Shown here piece by piece: positions 63,567-64,000 of a stretch of 64,000 nt of DNA. Both the position numbers and the translations under genes were made by a program. This DNA comes from Nanobdellota archaeon (GTDB lineage Archaea > Nanobdellota > Nanobdellia > Parvarchaeales > Parvarchaeaceae). The notes beneath the pieces are model-generated. The model was given only the letters and a program-made list of their open reading frames with translations, was not told where the DNA came from and did not search any database. The stretch spans positions 15,648 to 79,647 of the forward strand of contig JAKASS010000001.1 in NCBI GenBank assembly GCA_021818905.1. Reading direction: 5' to 3'. The first letter of the stretch is position 1. Every line of letters begins with the position of its first letter.

Positions 63567-64000
63567 TTATTTTCACCTTGAATAGGTCCCTGAGATACGG
63601 TGCCTGAGCCTTTTTGCGTTATAATCCTTTTTCCTTCCGGCAAAGTCAATGTTGCATAGTACATCGTGTGCGCGCTTTCGTTTCTTAAAAACTCCGAATC
63701 AAATTCTGTATATTCAGATATGCTCATTGCTGCAGAATAAGCCGCTCCTATTACGGCATCAACGTGACTGCCCCAGCCATGTAAATATCTCCTATCAAAA
63801 GTTGTCTTAAGCTGTACTAAAACGTCATCTAAGTCGGATGCAGAGAGATATTTATCATAGATATTAAAGCCAAAAAAGTGCAGTTGGTCGGATATCTCCT
63901 CGTAAAGATTGCGAACCGACCTATCCATCGCCGTCTTAGCTTTATACGGTCGTATTAACCTAGTTGATTCAAATACCGCTTTTATCACATTGGATTTAAG
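63563..64000 (-). CDS. hypothetical protein (N-terminus may lie outside the window)
   Basis: The frame stays open to the window edge. The track start is a GTG at 63988. No motif recognised. Confidence 0.4.
   Translation of the reverse strand, partial: LKSNVIKAVFESTRLIRPYKAKTAMDRSVRNLYEEISDQLHFFGFNIYDKYLSASDLDDVLVQLKTTFDRRYLHGWGSHVDAVIGAAYSAAMSISEYTEFDSEFLRNESAHTMYYATLTLPEGKRIITQKGSGTVSQGPIQGENK

Noticed and set aside
1-64000. CRISPR arrays, cas genes, restriction-modification or other recognisable defence systems
   Set aside because: No regularly spaced direct repeats and no Cas, RM, Argonaute or TA-type motifs were seen. The only helicases (Hel308, Hef) are standard replication and repair genes.

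Overview
Gene-dense archaeal chromosomal window, moderately AT-rich. The archaeal call rests on thermosome, TFB, aIF5B, the Sm-L37e pair, L15e, L35Ae, Hel308, Hef, GINS, a secF-secD pair, class III (prepilin-type) signal peptides and BHB-type tRNA introns. Housekeeping content: ValRS (5' partial), class II LysRS, TrpRS, Sua5, Trm1, Ndk, TrxB, an M1 aminopeptidase and four tRNAs. Two tRNAs carry introns at the canonical 37/38 position, one of them a rare tRNA-Ile(UAU). A glycogen and sugar-nucleotide gene set is present: GalT-like, GT3-type glycogen synthase, GH57, two GT4, and an RHH-fused NDP-sugar pyrophosphorylase. The accessory layer has three parts. (1) Five IS-related elements: a 966-bp IS4/IS5-superfamily IS with perfect TIRs and a 9-bp TSD, a nest of three IS at 50.6-53.8 kb in which one 9-mer occurs three times at the junctions, and an IS630-like remnant. 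(2) At least six disrupted genes: four frameshifts, three of them inside homopolymer runs, plus two G-to-A nonsense changes at expected Trp codons and a truncated MsrA. (3) At least ten prepilin-like or mini-pilin-like genes, several below the 60-aa cutoff of the ORF track. The two best candidates for undescribed systems are a translationally coupled operon of Cys-rich, sequon-rich membrane-anchored proteins (38.4-42.1 kb) and a 571-aa orphan protein followed by four overlapping 47-62 aa NKKG-helix genes (44.2-46.6 kb). No pilus ATPase, PilC-like platform or prepilin peptidase, and no CRISPR array or recognisable defence system, was seen in the window. The short L15e, tRNA-Ile(UAU) and degenerate aaRS motifs suggest a fast-evolving, reduced-genome (DPANN-like) lineage, but that is inference. 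All functional calls come from motif recognition by eye, not database searches.
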